A DNA stretch of 56,260 nt from an uncultured bacterium. Its GTDB lineage: Bacteria; Bacillota_I; Bacilli_A; RF39; UBA660. The notes beneath the pieces are model-generated. The model did no database searches and had not been told where the DNA came from. It saw only the letters and a program-made list of their open reading frames with translations. Where the stretch lies: the NCBI GenBank assembly GCA_959020415.1, contig CAUERX010000005.1, positions 1 through 56,260 of the forward strand, given 5' to 3'. Within the stretch, counting starts at the first letter, position 1. The number at the start of each line of letters is the position of its first letter. Shown here one piece after another: positions 54,915 to 56,260 of this stretch. The translations under genes and the position numbers were made by a program.

Positions 54915-56186
54915 ATGATACAAAAACCTAAAGGAACTTATGATATATATGGAGAAAATGCTCGTCAAGTTTTATATTTGCGAAAATTAATTCAAGCATT
55001 AATGGATAAATATAATTATAAATATTTTCAAACACCAATTTTTGAGGCAAGTGAATTATTTCATCGTGGCGTAGGAGAGACTACTGATATTGTAAGTAAA
55101 GAAACTTATGATTTTATAGATCGTGGTAAGCGAAATATGACTTTAAGGCCAGAAGGGACTGCAGGTCTTGTTCGTTGTTTTATTGAAAATAAATTATATG
55201 CAGGTTCAATGCCACTTAAGGCTTGGTATTTTGGTTCAATGTTTAGGTACGAAAGACCACAATCGGGCCGTAACCGCGAATTTACCCAATTTGGTGTTGA
55301 AACATTTGGTAGTAATGATCCAATGATGGATGCTGAGGTTATTAGTATTATCGTTAATTTGTTTGGTCTTTTAGGTCTGAAAGGGATTAAAGTTAATATA
55401 AATACACTAGGCGATATGGAATCGCGTGTAAGTTATCGTGAGGCTTTACTTGATTATTTTAAACCTTATGCGAAGGATTTATGTGAAGATTGTCAACATC
55501 GTTATGAAAAAAATCCACTTCGTATTTTAGATTGTAAAATTGATGGCGATAATGAAATTATGAAAAAGGCTCCAAAAATGACAGACTATTTAAACGAAAA
55601 GAGTAAACAGCATTTTGAAAAAGTAAAATCTTATTTAAAAGCAATGGGAATTGAATATATAGTTGATGATAAGCTCGTGCGCGGATTAGACTATTATACT
55701 CATACTGTATTTGAAGTTGAAGCTGATATCAAAGATTTTGGCAGTCAAAATGTTTTGGGTGCCGGTGGAAGATATGATAATTTAGTTGAAACCGTGGGAG
55801 GACCAAGTACTCCAGGTGTTGGTTTTGCAATTGGGATTGAAAGATTATTATTGGCTTTACAAGCTGAAGGAATAAGCATAGAAGACAAAGAAGATTTAGA
55901 TGTTTATGCAATTGCTTATTCAGAAAATGAACGAGCTTATGTAATGTCATTAGTTAATAATTTAAGATTAAACGGATTTAATGTCGATATGGATTATTTG
56001 GGTCGCAATATGAAAAATAATTTCAAACACTCAGAAAAGTTAGGCGCTAAATTTGTAATGATTATTGGTGAAGACGAGGTTAAAAATAATATTGTTACTT
56101 TAAAAAGTAATGCAACAAAGGAAGAGCATAAAATTGAAATAGAAAATTTAATAGAATTTTTAGATATAAAAATAGGAGAGGAATAG
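54915..56186 (+). CDS. hisS: histidine--tRNA ligase
   Basis: KGTYD, LRPEGTA and FRYERPQ.GR.REF.Q class II motifs. Confidence 0.96.
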   Translation: MIQKPKGTYDIYGENARQVLYLRKLIQALMDKYNYKYFQTPIFEASELFHRGVGETTDIVSKETYDFIDRGKRNMTLRPEGTAGLVRCFIENKLYAGSMPLKAWYFGSMFRYERPQSGRNREFTQFGVETFGSNDPMMDAEVISIIVNLFGLLGLKGIKVNINTLGDMESRVSYREALLDYFKPYAKDLCEDCQHRYEKNPLRILDCKIDGDNEIMKKAPKMTDYLNEKSKQHFEKVKSYLKAMGIEYIVDDKLVRGLDYYTHTVFEVEADIKDFGSQNVLGAGGRYDNLVETVGGPSTPGVGFAIGIERLLLALQAEGISIEDKEDLDVYAIAYSENERAYVMSLVNNLRLNGFNVDMDYLGRNMKNNFKHSEKLGAKFVMIIGEDEVKNNIVTLKSNATKEEHKIEIENLIEFLDIKIGEE

Positions 56187-56187
56187 T

Positions 56188-56260
56188 ATGAAAGTTAATA
56201 ATGCAAATATTAATATTGGAAACGTTGAAGAAACTGTAACTTTAAAAGGTTGGGTTGCTA
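56188..56260 (+). CDS. aspS: aspartate--tRNA ligase, 5' end (runs off window)
   Basis: ATG lies 1 nt after the hisS stop. ...VTLKGWVA is the typical OB-fold start. hisS-aspS is the expected gene order. Confidence 0.7.
   Translation, partial: MKVNNANINIGNVEETVTLKGWVA

Overview
AT-rich (about 30% G+C by eye) chromosomal segment from a low-GC Firmicute, probably Erysipelotrichia or Clostridia-like. It uses the standard genetic code: TGA, TAA and TAG all end recognisable genes. The backbone is housekeeping genes in blocks that follow Bacillus subtilis gene order: ftsY-ylxM; glmS; murG-murB-divIB-ftsA-ftsZ; radC-mreC-mreD-(spoIVFA/spoIVFB-like)-rplU-prp-rpmA; nusB-xseA-xseB; lexA/tkt/yneF; tgt; spoVB-comN-secDF-relA-dtd ... 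hisS-aspS. Accessory genes for membrane and surface proteins sit between these blocks. I found no transposase, integrase, CRISPR array, tRNA or rRNA. The main points for follow-up are: (1) a HerA/FtsK-family ATPase with two membrane proteins, transcribed with ftsY-ylxM where ffh is expected; (2) a LexA-box promoter divergent from lexA that drives a 45-aa single-TM protein, a candidate SOS division inhibitor; (3) a stand-alone promoter/strong-SD/9-codon ORF/terminator unit next to a CPBP protease operon; (4) orphan pilin genes (one Flp-type, two type IV) with no assembly machinery; (5) two tandem thioester-domain adhesin genes that share a 377-nt perfectly identical block, followed by an (EP)17 wall protein with unusual sorting signals; (6) a secreted-protein gene bracketed by 33-nt perfect direct repeats, with a decayed paralog elsewhere; (7) a DEAD-box helicase pseudogene with one frameshift and one nonsense codon. 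All functional calls come from motif recognition by eye. No database search was run.
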